Source: Octopus bimaculoides
Lineage: Eukaryota
Direction of reading: 5' to 3'
Assembly: GCF_001194135.2 (NCBI RefSeq)
Contig: NC_069004.1
Location: 16,677,631 to 16,724,466, forward strand
Length of the DNA: 46,836 nt
Positions 23,278 through 35,880 of this stretch are shown piece by piece. Within the stretch, counting starts at the first letter, position 1. Every line of letters starts with the position of its first letter. The notes under the pieces are model-generated. The model saw only the letters and a program-made list of their open reading frames with translations. It searched no databases and was not told where the DNA came from. The position numbers and the translations under genes are program-made.

Positions 23278-24249
23278 GTAAGTCTATTGTTGAAGTAAAA
23301 CAGCTCATGTTGTTTAACTTGAATCAGACCTCATTCAGCAGATCTGTGATCAGAGAGGTTTTGGCCATGACCATCCTGTTTTCTTCCCTGCCCCCACAAT
23401 GTACTGTATGCGTTTGTCCCATTCCTGCCAGCATGGAAGGCAGACGTTAAACGATGGTGATGTTACCCGATGGATTTTGTTTGGTAGATGGGGGACTGAA
23501 GTATGATTTGAGAGTAGATTTGGCTGTTATTTCTAGCAAGTCAAATGACCATGTAGAAGCTCTCTCCCTGTAAAGCAGGTGTGATGTGGTTTCAGCATAA
23601 ATGTGTTGTGGTTGAATGAGTGAAGAGTTCTGGATTACTGACACTCAGAGGGAATTAGTTTATTGTGAATCTATTTAAAATGTGTTTATTGATTTATTTC
23701 AGTTATATTCATTTAAACTTGGTGCCATTGTTTACTGGTTGAATTTTCTGTATCTCCTTTTTTATTGTCCGTATGATTACATATTTAATCATTTCTGTAT
23801 ATGCAACATGTTTGTTAAAACCCTACATGTAATAAATGAGGAGTGAATTTATATCTAAACTTGTATCCGGCACTTTTAATGATTTGTCAAACCATTTGAA
23901 CCAAAGTGAGTTATCAAAATTTAAGCTAATAAATTGAAGTTAACAGACCAAAATATTTCCCATTGGCACTGCTAACCCTTTTTATACCAGAATGCAGTGT
24001 GGTTGGTGTTAGAAATAGGATTCAGCCATAAAAACCATGCCAAAACAGACTGAAGCATGGTGCAGTCTTCTGCCTAGCCAGCTCCTGCCAGCATGGAAAG
24101 TGGACATTAAATGATGATGATGATGATGATGATGAATGCCTGAGATTTCTTCTGCTTCTATGATACAAACATCCTGTTTTAAAGTGATGTAAATTAGAAC
24201 CTCTTATCAAAAATCAAAATTCGATACTAATTTGGGTTTCAAACACCAG

Positions 24250-24447
24250 TATTTAAGTTGGTCATATCTGACCTAAATGTTCTATCTGTTTTACATTCAA
24301 ACTGGCCAGTTCCAGCCTCTCACAGCTATCCTAAAATAAAAATAGTCACATCATCAAAATCTTGAAGCTACAAGATAATGCATGATTAATTCAAAACAGT
24401 TAAGTAAACATTACATTTGACAGAGTAATCTGAATGCTAAAGGGTTA
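24250..24447 (-). mobile_element. piggyBac-type MITE (another copy at about 26265-26443)
   Basis: Ends in gagtaatctgaatgctaaagggttaa. Confidence 0.7.
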
Positions 24448-24619
24448 ATAACGATACTTATTTTACTAATTTCTTTGTCATTTTCAAAATTAATTGATAC
24501 AAAAAGGCAGTGTATTTCAACAGAACGTGGTAAAGAAAGTTTAATTTCTCAGAAATTGACATATTGAATTAGTCTTATGTGATGACTCAAAACACACTCA
24601 ATTGAAAATTTCTTTCCAG

Positions 24620-24735
24620 CATGTTCTCTCAGAAGTGTGGGTCGCTCGTACTAATGATCTTGGTGTTAATGGCCAGCAGTACTACTGTAAGACTCATCTT
24701 GGACATACTCTTCACCCTGGGGATACTGTGTTAGG
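24620..24735 (+). CDS. NMD3: NMD3 coding exon (HVLSEVWVARTNDLGVNGQQYYCKTHLGHTLHPGDTVL)
   Basis: Acceptor tttccag, donor GG/gtttgt; 116 nt, phase 0-2; THLGH.L.PGD motif. Confidence 0.96.
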
Positions 24736-25984
24736 GTTTGTACAAATATTATTCCTGTTTTCTTAATCTTACTTTGCATGTTTGTCTTGGCTGCAGTTTT
24801 TTAAAACTAGATATTGTCAATGTTACCAACTTCTATGTTGGAATTTTATTTAAGAGATTGGTTCTGAGGAAATTAGGTTTCACAAATGGCACATGAAGAA
24901 GACTAATATTATCTGAGAAGATGAAATATAATCTCTAAAAGTAATATATGTTGAAGTAATTATGTTTTGTACTTTGCTGGGAACAGTACTACAATATACA
25001 CTAGTTTGTATATTTGTTTACAAAAATTTCTTGTAACTGCATTTTTATTTAAAGATATCATAGCATTTTGCTTCAAACAGATTTCCTTCTTACAATAATA
25101 TCAAAATTATTGTTTCTACATCTGAATGAATTTTGTACTAACACAGACCATCTCTACTACCCTAAAACTTTTGTGATTCTTCTTGCCATCCCTGGTTGTT
25201 TTGGTGTGGAATATATTAGAGAAGACAACAATATAGGTTTAACCTAAAAATAATGATTAATTCTTTCATTACTATATTTCTCACCAAAATATACTCCCTT
25301 ACCTGTTACAATTAAGTTCTAGTATGATTGTGAATTTAGGCTGACTTTTTTATTTATTGACATATTTGTGATTTTTGGAACATAATTTAGCAAAAGGTTC
25401 TTAACCAAATCTATTGCATAGTTTGTCTTAAAGCAAATCAAGTTACACGTAAATAGAGGTAAATTCAATGAAATTTAAAATTATTTAAATTTTGTCTAAT
25501 CATAGAAAATGAGTTATTAGCTAATATTCAATTGAGTATACAACAGAATTTAAAAATAGAATTGTGAAAATTATTGGTTTATTTTCAATCTGTTGAACTT
25601 AAATATACATAAAGACAGGTATAGCATAAAGGTAAAAATAGAATGCAGTAGTGGAATTTATTGTTGAAAAAAACTAGAAAAACACACTGACATATGTAAA
25701 TGTACAGAAATATATAGAATGATTCACAAGTCAAATTAATCCAAATTTGTCACTTTTACAGGTGAATTAAAATTACAAGTAAATAAAAATTAAAAATGAG
25801 GTGAATTAGAAAAAATATATTTATAAAATCAAATTACACACACACAATATTCCTATATTGGAAGCTTGTAAAGCCAAAGAAATTTTTGAGTGGTTTTGGG
25901 TGGGTTGGTAATGAAAAGGTTAATTGGATCATGTTAAAAAATTTTTGTATGATGATGATTTTTCCATTTTTATTTCCTATTCAG

Positions 25985-26057
25985 ATTTCATTTGGTAAAT
26001 TCTAATGTGAATAACTCAGATTTTGAGAACATGAAAAAAGACAGGGTACCCGATGTG
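25985..26057 (+). CDS. NMD3: NMD3 coding exon (FHLVNSNVNNSDFENMKKDRVPDV)
   Basis: Acceptor tattcag, donor GTG/gtaagg; 73 nt, phase 2-0. Confidence 0.94.
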
Positions 26058-27191
26058 GTAAGGGACAGTTTATTTTTGTCTTTTACACCATAAAATGATG
26101 ATTTGTTAAATAGACATTATAGCTTTGAGGTTAACATCCAGAGCTTGTGAATGTTAACTTCAAATGTTAAATCATGTGTCCATACTTTGTTGTTGCTGCT
26201 GTCATTGTGTAGGCTACATATCTATATTTCTTTAGGTGGGTTTTTCGTTTGCAACAGATTACCCTTTAACATTTAAACCAGTCAGATCTAGCCTATCATA
26301 CACACCCGTCAATGCCATTCTAAAAATATACAATCACACCAACAAAATTTCAAAGCTATGAGATAATACATGATTAATTAAAAAACATTGCAAATGAGAA
26401 AGCATTACATTTGCCTGAACATTTGGAATGCTAAAGGGTTAATTCACAATTGCTTCCACAAAACCATTTTGTAAACTATTTTGCTGCTGGAAATATGGAT
26501 GTAAAATAGTAACAAAACAAATCAGAAAAAAATGAAGACTTTAAAGTGGAAATTAGAGTGGAATATGGTTTAGTTTTTGTTCTTGATTTTTAACCAGTCA
26601 TTTTTTAATGTTTTTGTTATGAATTATGATATTCTATCATTAATTCCTTTCTACAATAGTAAATAATAGATAAAAATATAGATAACTTATTTTGTATCGA
26701 GTACGAGGGTTTGGCATAGTGTCAAATGATGTTGATAGATGGTTACTGGCTTTATTTAATATAAAACAATGCATCTTAATCATTGGACAGCAGTGATTAA
26801 CGGATTAGTCAACGAGCAGAAATAAAGTTTGAATAAAAGCTTTCTTTGAACTGGTTTATGACACTTTTATTGGAGTAATTGTTTTTGCAACTGAAAACCT
26901 TTTCTTTCACAAACTAATTCAAGGCGGATCATGCAAGTGGAGCCTATGTTTTGTCAGTCAGGAAACTGGAGTAAACAAAGTTCTGTGATCAGTTTATCCA
27001 ATGCCTTACTCTCACAAATATTGTTCCTGTAGCTACTTCAAATAATTTACTGCACTAATGTACATTAATATAGCATGAGCACTACACCGTCATGTTCTCC
27101 CTGTGTTATAGCTGTGAGGTTTTATGTCTCAAGTTTATATATTTATTAATTATGACATGAATGTGTTTTGTTCAATGTTTCTTTTTGGTAG

Positions 27192-27295
27192 GTTTTGGTG
27201 AAGAAGTTGTATAATCGCACAAAGAGAAATCGTCAGCGAAACTGGAAACTGAAACACGTTCTCCCTGATCTTGTTGATTCTTCAAGTGATGGAAT
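27192..27295 (+). CDS. NMD3: NMD3 coding exon (VLVKKLYNRTKRNRQRNWKLKHVLPDLVDSSSDG)
   Basis: Acceptor ttggtag, donor AT/gtaagt; 104 nt, phase 0-2; basic NLS-type R..R.WKLK region. Confidence 0.95.
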
Positions 27296-27386
27296 GTAAG
27301 TTTTTCTTCTTTTTTCATTCTTTATCATATGCAGAAAAATGTTTTCTCTCTTCAAAATAGGGAAGGCAGTGGGAGGAGACAAAATA

Positions 27387-28617
27387 TTGGGTTGGCAAGA
27401 AAGTAATTTCGGTTTTTTAGTGTGAGGTAAAAGTCATTTTTTTCATACAAAGAATGAACTTTAATCACTTATATATTTTCCAATTTGTTTGATGACCTTT
27501 TGCCATTTTTCTGGCAACTTCATGATTCTAAGCTCATAAAACTTCTGGTCCTTAGCCAAAAACTGAAGCAAGTGCAATTTCAGCTCATCATCATTATTGA
27601 AAGTTTTACCATTCAAAGAATTTTGCAAACTTCGAAATAAATGGTAATCTGATGGTGCAAGGTCAGGGCTATGTGGTGGATGTGACATCACTTCCCAACC
27701 AAGCTCCAATAATTTTTCACAAGTTAGCAAAGGCGTGTGTGGTCTAGCATTGTCATGGTGGAACACAATTCCTTTACAATTTGCCAATGCTAACTATTTT
27801 TCTTTGATTACTGTCAACAATTAATGAAACTGGAAGAAACAAACATTTGAATTGATTGTTTGGTTTTTCAACCCCTTTGTAATCCCACCAAATTGACAGC
27901 ATGACCTTTTTTATTATGCAATTCAGCATTTGATGTGGTTTGTGCTGGTCCGTTATGCTTGGACCATGATCGTTTTTGATTGATGTTATTGTAGACAATC
28001 CATTTTTCATCACCAGTGATGATTCGTTTCAAAAAAAGGTCAATTTCATTGTGTTTGAGATGCATATCACAAATATTGATCCATTTTGTAAAGTGAATCT
28101 CTTTCAGTTTATGTGAAACCCAAATATCGAGATTCTTTTCGAGTCCAAAACATTTGAAGTGATTTTCAATTGTTGTGTGTGATACATTTAACCTCTCTGC
28201 AATCTCTCACACATGACAACCAGATTCAATTATGGTTTTGATTCAGTCATCAACTTCAGTAAGTTGACCAGAATGTTGGCCATCTTTGAGTAAAAAAATC
28301 TCCAGATTGGAATTTTTAAAACCATTTTTGACATGTGGTTTCTGTTAATCAATCAACACCATAAACTTCACATGTCCCTTTGTGAGCCTCAGCAGTTTTT
28401 TTGCCTTTATGGAAATAAAAAAAGCAAAATATGGTGTAAATGTTCGTTTTTGCACTCCGTGTTAAAATTGACACTGAACTAATAGCTGTAAACAAAATCA
28501 TGTGCGATTTGCTTCTAAAGTAAGCTAAAAGTAACAGCTATCAAATGACAAAAGGAAAAATCATGACATTGATAAAAGTCATTCAAAAAAAATGAAATTA
28601 CTTTCCTGCCAACCCAG
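27387..28617 (-). mobile_element. Full-length (1231 bp) mariner DNA transposon, D,D34D, cecropia/Hsmar1-like; transposase disrupted
   Basis: TA at 27385-86 and 28618-19; TIRs ttgggttggcaagaaagtaatttc / gaaattactttcctgccaacccag; motifs IITGDEKW, HHDNARPH, SPDLAPSDYHLF; start codon appears as ACG at 28460-28458; several frameshifts. Confidence 0.95.
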
Positions 28618-29389
28618 TATAATGCTTACAACTCGAATACGAATTGATGATTGCAGCTTCATTGCTTCCTTTTGAAACTATTTAATACTCAGTCTGTAAA
28701 TTTCAAAATAAAAACTAATACGGTTTGTGTGGCTTCTAATGACATTGTCTAAACTTTCTTATCACTCATTAAACAAATATTAAAATATGTTTTGTTTTTC
28801 CATTTATTGTTTTATAGACAATAGAAAGCTGGCATTAAACAATTATTTTTATCAGCTTTTGATAGAATATAAATTGTAGCAGTGCTGTTAACTGTGGCAC
28901 AGAGATAGCTAGTTGTAGGTTTGAGAGAGATCCACACACCTTGTATGCAAGATTCTATCATGTTGCAAGCGAGGCATATCTCCCTCTCCACTGCTCCCTA
29001 TACATTGCACATCATTCCACTATTTGTGACCTATTCTCCTCTCACCTTGTACCTCTTTATACTTGTATTTTCCTTAACCATACTTCCACACTTGTTCATC
29101 ACTCTCTTCTTTCACCATCTGTTACTCCATCTTTCACCATCTATGAAAGCAACCCCCCCCCCCCACATGATCCAATGTCCTTATCCTCTCTTGTGTTCAA
29201 CTCGTATCTTGAGAGTTTGCTCTCACACTCCATTGCTGCTTTCCTTTATCTCCTTTCTCAACTATTCCTACCCACCCCTATTATAGGGTTAGCCATGTCT
29301 CTTTTATACCGAGTTGTATGTTCCTCTTGCTCTATCTTACTTTAGCCTTTGAACATCCATCATAAATCCACCCCCCTCTCTCAAATACC

Positions 29390-29645
29390 CCCTCATTTAG
29401 TTGTGGGAATTTTTCCCTTTTCCTCTTCTTGTTTTCCTGTCATGCAAGTAACCTGCAACCTCACCAGTCCTGGTGGCAGGAAAAAAGTATCCAGCTCTTT
29501 AAAGTGGTTGGCCTTAAGAATGACATCCAGCCATAGAAACTGTAGCCAAAGCTGATATTGGAGCCGGACGTGGCCTTGTGGCTTGCCAGATCCTGTCAAC
29601 CCATTCAACCCATGCTAGCATGGAAAATAGTTGTCAAACAATAAT
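29390..29645 (+). mobile_element. RTE-tail-related repeat fragment
   Basis: gtggttggccttaagaatgacatccagcc.tagaaac...aacccatgctagcatggaaaa; same family as 14090-14258. Confidence 0.65.
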
Positions 29646-29784
29646 GACAGTGGTGGCAAGCTTCTTTGTCTTCTTCTTGATTACTCTATGGTGGCTTAAA
29701 ATATGTTGACGATAACAAGTATGACAATGCACACGTCTGATGTGAATATGTGTGTATTTGAAATAGGAGAGACAGTTTTTTTTT

Positions 29785-30232
29785 TTAACCCTTTAGCATT
29801 TAAATCAGCCATATCTGACCCAAATATTCTACCTTTTTTATGCTAAAACTGGACAGATCTAGCCTTTCACACCTACCTCACAGTCTCATTTTACAAATAA
29901 ACAATCAAATCCTCAAAACCTCAAACCTATGAAATAATGTATGATTAATTTAACCATTTAGCATTGATTGCTCTATCAAATGTAATGCTTATTTATGCAC
30001 ATTGTTTTGAATTATTCATGCATAATCTTGTAACTTTGAGATTTCAATAATGTGACTGTTTATTTTTAGAATGACATTGTAGGGTAGGTGCAAGAAGCAG
30101 GCTCTGGCCGTTAGAACTAAAACACGTAGAATATCTTGGCCAGATATGACTGGTTTAAATGCTAAAGGGTTAAGATGATGTGAATATATAAGCATTATAT
30201 TTGACAGAGTAATTTGAATGCTAAAGGGTTAA
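29785..30232. mobile_element. piggyBac-type MITE with a second copy (29950-30173) nested in opposite orientation
   Basis: Outer TTAA at 29785-88 and 30229-32; inner copy bounded by TTAA at 29950-53 and 30170-73; the outer body resumes after the inner copy. Confidence 0.85.
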
Positions 30233-30784
30233 ATTTTCTGATACCAAAATGGTTAAAGTGATTTGATAGTATAAAGTATTGTTGTTACCATATTAGGATG
30301 AATATTAATGCCCATCATATATACTGTAGTCTAGTAACCCATGTGCTCAGTCATTTTACTTTTTCTATAGTTATGCTGGTATTTGCATTTAGTAAATTCA
30401 TTTATGTTTTTTTGTTCAATTTGTGTGTTTGTAATTGGTTAGATATTGGTGAATGAATTTTTCGTGCAAGTGATTTTTTTTTTCTAGTCGGATGACTGCT
30501 TAATACGTATCGTTGATTTTCATTTTCAAACATAAAAGTGGGGGTAACTTGTACCCCTTCTCAGCTAGGTAGACTGCTTTATGAAGAGTTATAAGTTTTG
30601 TTTAAGGACACAATACAATCTTATACAACGAAAACAATTTCTAATCAGACTGACCCTCCCCCATTATTGGTTACCTTACAGAATCCAATTTCATATTTTT
30701 ACATTTTTTCCTTTTAAATATCAATTTATTTTCAATTTTTATTGTTTTCTTTTCTAATAATCATTAAAAAAAATTTTTTTGCAG

Positions 30785-30855
30785 TGCATATACTGAATTT
30801 CTGGAAGATTTGGAAGAAGATGATGGTTACAGACAAAATGTGAACATATTCAAGG
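30785..30855 (+). CDS. NMD3: NMD3 coding exon (AYTEFLEDLEEDDGYRQNVNIFK)
   Basis: Acceptor tttgcag, donor G/gtaact; 71 nt, phase 2-1; FLEDLEED..R.NVNI motif. Confidence 0.96.
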
Positions 30856-30865
30856 GTAACTAAAA

Positions 30866-31470
30866 ATTCTATGGTCAACTTTGCCTTTCATCCTTTTGGG
30901 GTCGATAAAATAAGACCAGTTGAACACTGGGGTCGATGTAATTGACTCATCCCCTCCCCCAAAATTGCTGCCCTTGTGGCAAAAGTTGAAACCATTATTA
31001 TTATTATTATTATTTAGGCAGCGAGCTGGCTGAATTGTTAACACACTGGGTAGCGATATTTCACCCATCACTACATTCTGAGTTCAAATTTCGCTGTGGT
31101 CAACTTTGCCTTTCATCCTTTCAGGGTTGATAATTTAAATACTAGTGAAACACTGGGGTCAATGTAATCGATTAGTCCCCTCCCCACAAATTTCAGGCCT
31201 CCTTTCTTTAGTAGAAAGGAATTATTGTTGTTGTTGTTATTATATAATAATAATGTGAGCTGACTGAATTGTTCGTATGCTGGGCAAAATGCATTACTGG
31301 CATTTCTTCTGGTTTTACTTCCTGAGTTCAAATTCTGCTGAGGTTGACTTTGTCTTTCATCCTTTCAGGATTGATAAGATAAGTACCAATTGAGTATTGG
31401 AATTGATGTAATAAACTAGCCCCTCCCCACCAGAATTGAGCACTAGGATTGATGTAATTGCCCCATGTCA
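30866..31470 (+). mobile_element. Head-to-tail cluster of a second tRNA-derived SINE family (3-4 copies separated by (ATT)n/(GTT)n tails)
   Basis: Repeated ggcagcgagctggc..aattgtt...ctgagttcaaatt...gtcaactttgcctttcatcctt..gggg...actggggtc.atgtaat.gact..tcccctcccc. Confidence 0.8.
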
Positions 31471-31675
31471 GTTCTGATCAAAAGTGTTCAGATCTGGATT
31501 CTGGCCATCTTTTAGTGTGTATTTCTTTTTTCTAAGATGGTAGAATATAATTTGGAGGAGATTTGGTTGCTCTTTCCAGAAGGGCAGGTAACCTCATGAA
31601 GGCATTCTCATTTTGGGAAATGCAGTTTTGTGTTGTGTTCTTGGACAAATGATATATAATAAAACAAATATAGTT

Positions 31676-31811
31676 GTTCTATATTTAAGAGATGAGCATT
31701 TATGTACATTATTTACATTTGACGGGTGTTTGTCCTCATCTTGTTTGTTATTAACACAATGTTTCAGCTGATATACCCTCCAGCCTTCATCAGGTGTCTT
31801 GTAAATAATGT
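31676..31811 (-). mobile_element. Head-less copy of the hammerhead-bearing SINE tail, flanked by direct repeats
   Basis: On -, reads aagacacCTGATGAaggctggagggtatatcagctGAAACattgtgtt...cttaaatatagaac; direct repeat aaatatagttgtt at 31666-31678 and 31812-31824. Confidence 0.75.
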
Positions 31812-31958
31812 AAATATAGTTGTTTGAACCCCACTTTCTCCAACCTTCTTGTTCAGTCCAGCATTTTACAACCATCCTTCTTCAGAAGAACTTTGATGCT
31901 GGAGAAGTGTGTCAAGAACATACTGTTGTGTTAATGATATTTGTTTCTTTATTTGTAG

Positions 31959-32092
31959 ACAAAACCAAAACACCTGTGGACTTGGATGATATTGAGGATG
32001 AAGGGTTGCCAAAGATCAGTCTTCAAGAGATGCTGGAAGATTTGGTGCTGAGTGATCCAACAGGAGAAGCTGGTGCTGATATGGTTACATAG
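31959..32092 (+). CDS. NMD3: NMD3 last coding exon (KTKTPVDLDDIEDEGLPKISLQEMLEDLVLSDPTGEAGADMVT*)
   Basis: Acceptor tttgtag, phase 1, TAG at 32090-32092; P.ISL.EMLEDL NES-type motif. Confidence 0.97.
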
Positions 32093-32366
32093 TGGCATTG
32101 AACTTTGTCCTTTTACAGCCGCTCATGCTCACAACATGCACTCCTACAGACACACAATATGCATTCACATATATTTATCCCACAGCAGATATGGCCAACA
32201 TACACAAACCTCCTCTCAGATACACACCCATATATAAATGTGTTTGGCTGGAATTGGTGAAGCCTTGAAGTGTACAGAGACTCTCTTATGTTTACAGCTT
32301 TGTTAACCTGGAATTATAATGAAAACATTTGATAATTTTTGCATGAATTATGACTAAAATTCTGTA

Positions 32367-32372
32367 ATTAAA
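32367..32372 (+). terminator. Candidate NMD3 polyadenylation signal (ATTAAA)
   Basis: ATTAAA about 275 nt after the stop with T-rich sequence downstream; position only, no transcript evidence. Confidence 0.3.
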
Positions 32373-34166
32373 GCTTGTTAAATGGTTGAAGTCTTTAAGT
32401 ATTATTTTAAATGACTCAAGAATTTTCGAAGCATTTATTTTGTAAATTTGAGAGCCATGGTTGATTGACTCAATAAGGAGTTACAGCTGGCCGAGTCAGT
32501 AGTTAGAGACATGCTTGAATAATTCAATAGTGAGAGCCATAGTTGGTTAATTTGACTAATAATCCAACACAATCACATCAGTCAACCATTTCTCACATTA
32601 TCAAAACAGTGACAGTTCTTTCAACCCATCAACTGCTGTATCAACTGACCTATTTCTGAATTGGTACTCTAGGTGTGGTTGTGTTGATGGTGGAGAAGTG
32701 GTTTAGCTCTCTTGCTAGTCCAGTTCTAGCAAACCTACTATCAAAGGTGTTCCACTCATCACTATGCCATCTTTTATTTTTGATATGTATGACTACACGA
32801 ATTCCAACCAGGTATAGGCTCCGTTTCATTAGCTCAACATTTGGTTATAATTTTATCTGCTGTGTTCTGATCAAATCTGAGCTACTAGTAAGGAAATTGG
32901 CGCTGACAACACCAATTTACCTTCCAGTCTATTTCCCAGTTAACATTCTATTTACTAGATTATATTGACATGATCATCTCAAATCCTACCAGTATTTCAG
33001 TCCACATCTTATTACAACTCAGTTTATAGCAGAAGAAATCTTGCTGCTTAAATAGTTTGGCCACACCTTACAGTCTTTTATTTAACTAAGATATTTTCCT
33101 ACATATTTTTTGCTGGTATCTTTTCCTCAGTGTTTCTTTTCTGTTTTCTTTTTTGTTGTTCAGAGGATTTATTTTTGGATGGTAAATCTTTATACACATG
33201 TATGATGTATGCATGCATGTAAAATATCAGTTTCTTCATGTCAACAAGAGACGGACAGTTTCTTAAGGCCAGAGTCTGTTCTCATTTATTTGGAGTTACT
33301 GCCTTCTTAGACTGGCTAGGAACCATGTCTTATTTGTATATTACATTTTGCATAATTGCTATGATTCCTCTTGCCAGCCACTTCACAGGAGCATACTGGG
33401 TGTATTTTATCATGGCACAAGCACAAGGGAAATTGCTTTGTTCCTCCACATTGTCACTGATTATTCACCAGCACCAAGGAGATTGTGTTACCCTCAGCAA
33501 AGCTATGGAAAACTTTCTTTCTGTTTGTTCCTCTCTTTCACATACAACTAAGTGGAAAAAGCGGAAGAGAGTAATAGGTGCAAGAAAGTGGTAGAGGAGA
33601 GAGAGTTATATATATAGCCACGTGATAGAGATGTTGGGGTAAGGTAATTGAATGGAAACTACAAGGGTAAGGGAGATTTTGTGTAAATATCAGATACCTC
33701 CGATGTGTGTTTGACTCAGAATTTGCTAAGGCAGAATAATGGATGTCAAGAGAAGTAGAAACTGAGAAGGGAGTAATGAAAAGGAGAATGTAACGAAGAT
33801 GGTTGGTGGCAAGGTGACAGTATGAACATACTAGTTAGGAGAGACCAAAATACATCCCAACCTTCATCATCACCACCACCGTCATTTTATGTTTGGATAT
33901 GTTGGGCAGGTCTTCTCCAGTTCCGCTCCACCATTTGTTGCTGTCCTTTGTCATATATATGCAGGCATGGCCATGTGGTAAAAAGTTTGCTTCCTAACCA
34001 CATGGTTCTGGGTTCAGTTCTACTGCGTGGCACCTTGGTTAAGTATCTTCTACTTTAGCAAGGTACTTTCTATAGTATTTCCGAAGTGCAGATTCCAAGT
34101 TAGGTCAGCAGATTATAAATAAGTAACTAAGATGTACAGGTGTGAATTGACACCTGTACATCTTTG

Positions 34167-34214
<48 letters not shown>

Positions 34215-34439
34215 CTGTGTTTTGTCATCCACCAGTGTTGGTGTGTTTACATCCTCATAACTTGGTTCAGCAAAAGAGTATGACAGAATAAGTACCAGGC
34301 TTCAAAAAAATAAGTACTGGGGTCAATTCATTTGACTAACAATTCTTCAAGGTGGTGCCCCAGCATGGTTGCAGTCTAATGACTGAAACCAAGATAGAGG
34401 ACATCCTTCATAAAGTCGAACCTTTTGGGATCAACCTTC

Positions 34440-35880
34440 TCTGCTTCTTTCCATGTCTTCCACAGGTTCTGTTTGTTTGGGATGCTTGGCACCTCATATA
34501 CAGACATTCTGTCCATACACATTACATACCATGTCCATACCAGCACTGTCAAATCTTATTACATCTGACTCCTGATTGCTTTGGACACACTTCCAGAACT
34601 TAGTTTCACTGAGGAGAGCAGCTTTCGAGAATCATATATTGCCAGTCATCTTGGTCCTTTGTCACCTCCTCCTTGTGGTTCAAGGTCCTGAGATCAGCCT
34701 TCACCACTTTATCCTATGTGGTCTCCCTCCTCCACAAATTCCACACATATTAAGTGATTGGCACTTCTTTATACAGCTGCCCTCATCCATGCCACACACT
34801 GCAAATGATACTTCTTCCACCCAGTTTTTCTCTCAGCACATTTGTACTGTCATTCATGCACACTTACATTTGCTCATTTGATTTCTTTCCAGTCTTCTCA
34901 AGTCCTCTGCCTCTGAAGCCTATGTCTTATTACAATGCAGCATTTCACTTATAACACGTGTACAATCTACCCTTTGAGCAAGAAGACCTTTGTTGCTGGC
35001 AGAGACAGTAGCTCCCTGAACTTTGTCTAACCTGTTATACTGTGAGAACCACTACCTACCTTGCTAAATACATCTATGCCATCTGAACACTCAAGAGAAT
35101 CTATTTTCAGTGTGCTCATATGTTCTGCCTCAGTTCATCTATCAACGTACAAAGCTCACATTCTATGTTAGTTTACCTGTGATTCCACTACACCTTCTGT
35201 GTGTCCATAACTTTCAATGGGTACAGCATATGTAGTTTATTCTACTTCTTTTCTTGCATATTGCGAAAGGCCGTTATTACGAAGGTATCAGGGTCTTCTT
35301 TCCTAATTACTGAAACCTTTGTCTTTGCAAAGTTCACCTTAAGGCATCTCAATTCTAGGTTTAGTGTCAATGCCTGGAATTTCCTCTCTAATTCCCCTAT
35401 AGATCCAACTTTGAGAACTAGATTACTATATAGGGGTTCCCATGTACAGCCAGTTATAAACTCCACCGTGATGACCAGTATGATGAATAGAAGAGGATTG
35501 GGGATTATGCCCTTGATGGATTTCTCTTGTCTCACTAAATTCGTCACTGAAATTGTGTACTCACTTACTCATTGCATCTTTGTACAAGCCATTTGTATCC
35601 TAGTTTTTTTTTAGAGTGCCTAGTTTCCTTACAGACTTCCAAATTATTGAACACAGTGCCCTGTCATATGCCTTCTTCAAGTTGACGAATGTCAGGAATA
35701 GTGGATTACACTTAGTCAAGTACTTTGCAGTTGTTTCACTAAGAAGTTTGCATCCATGATACTTTTGAGCATGAATAAAGATGCATATCATCTGGGTCTA
35801 CCTTTTTCATGGGGCAATTGTGCAATAGCTCTCTCCATGACCTTTGTAATCTGATCCAGTAGTTTGGTCCTCTATAATTT
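34440..35880 (-). mobile_element. Old, decayed RTE LINE fragment
   Basis: FVNLKKAYDRAL..IIWKSVRKLG, GCTWEPLY, LKVNFAKTKV and NYRG remnants in ORFs 35242-35948. Confidence 0.8.

Noticed and set aside
32450-33030. 97-aa ORF and faint LINE endonuclease-like words (YIDMIISNP)
   Set aside because: Many stops and no convincing motif series; cannot be assigned without a search.
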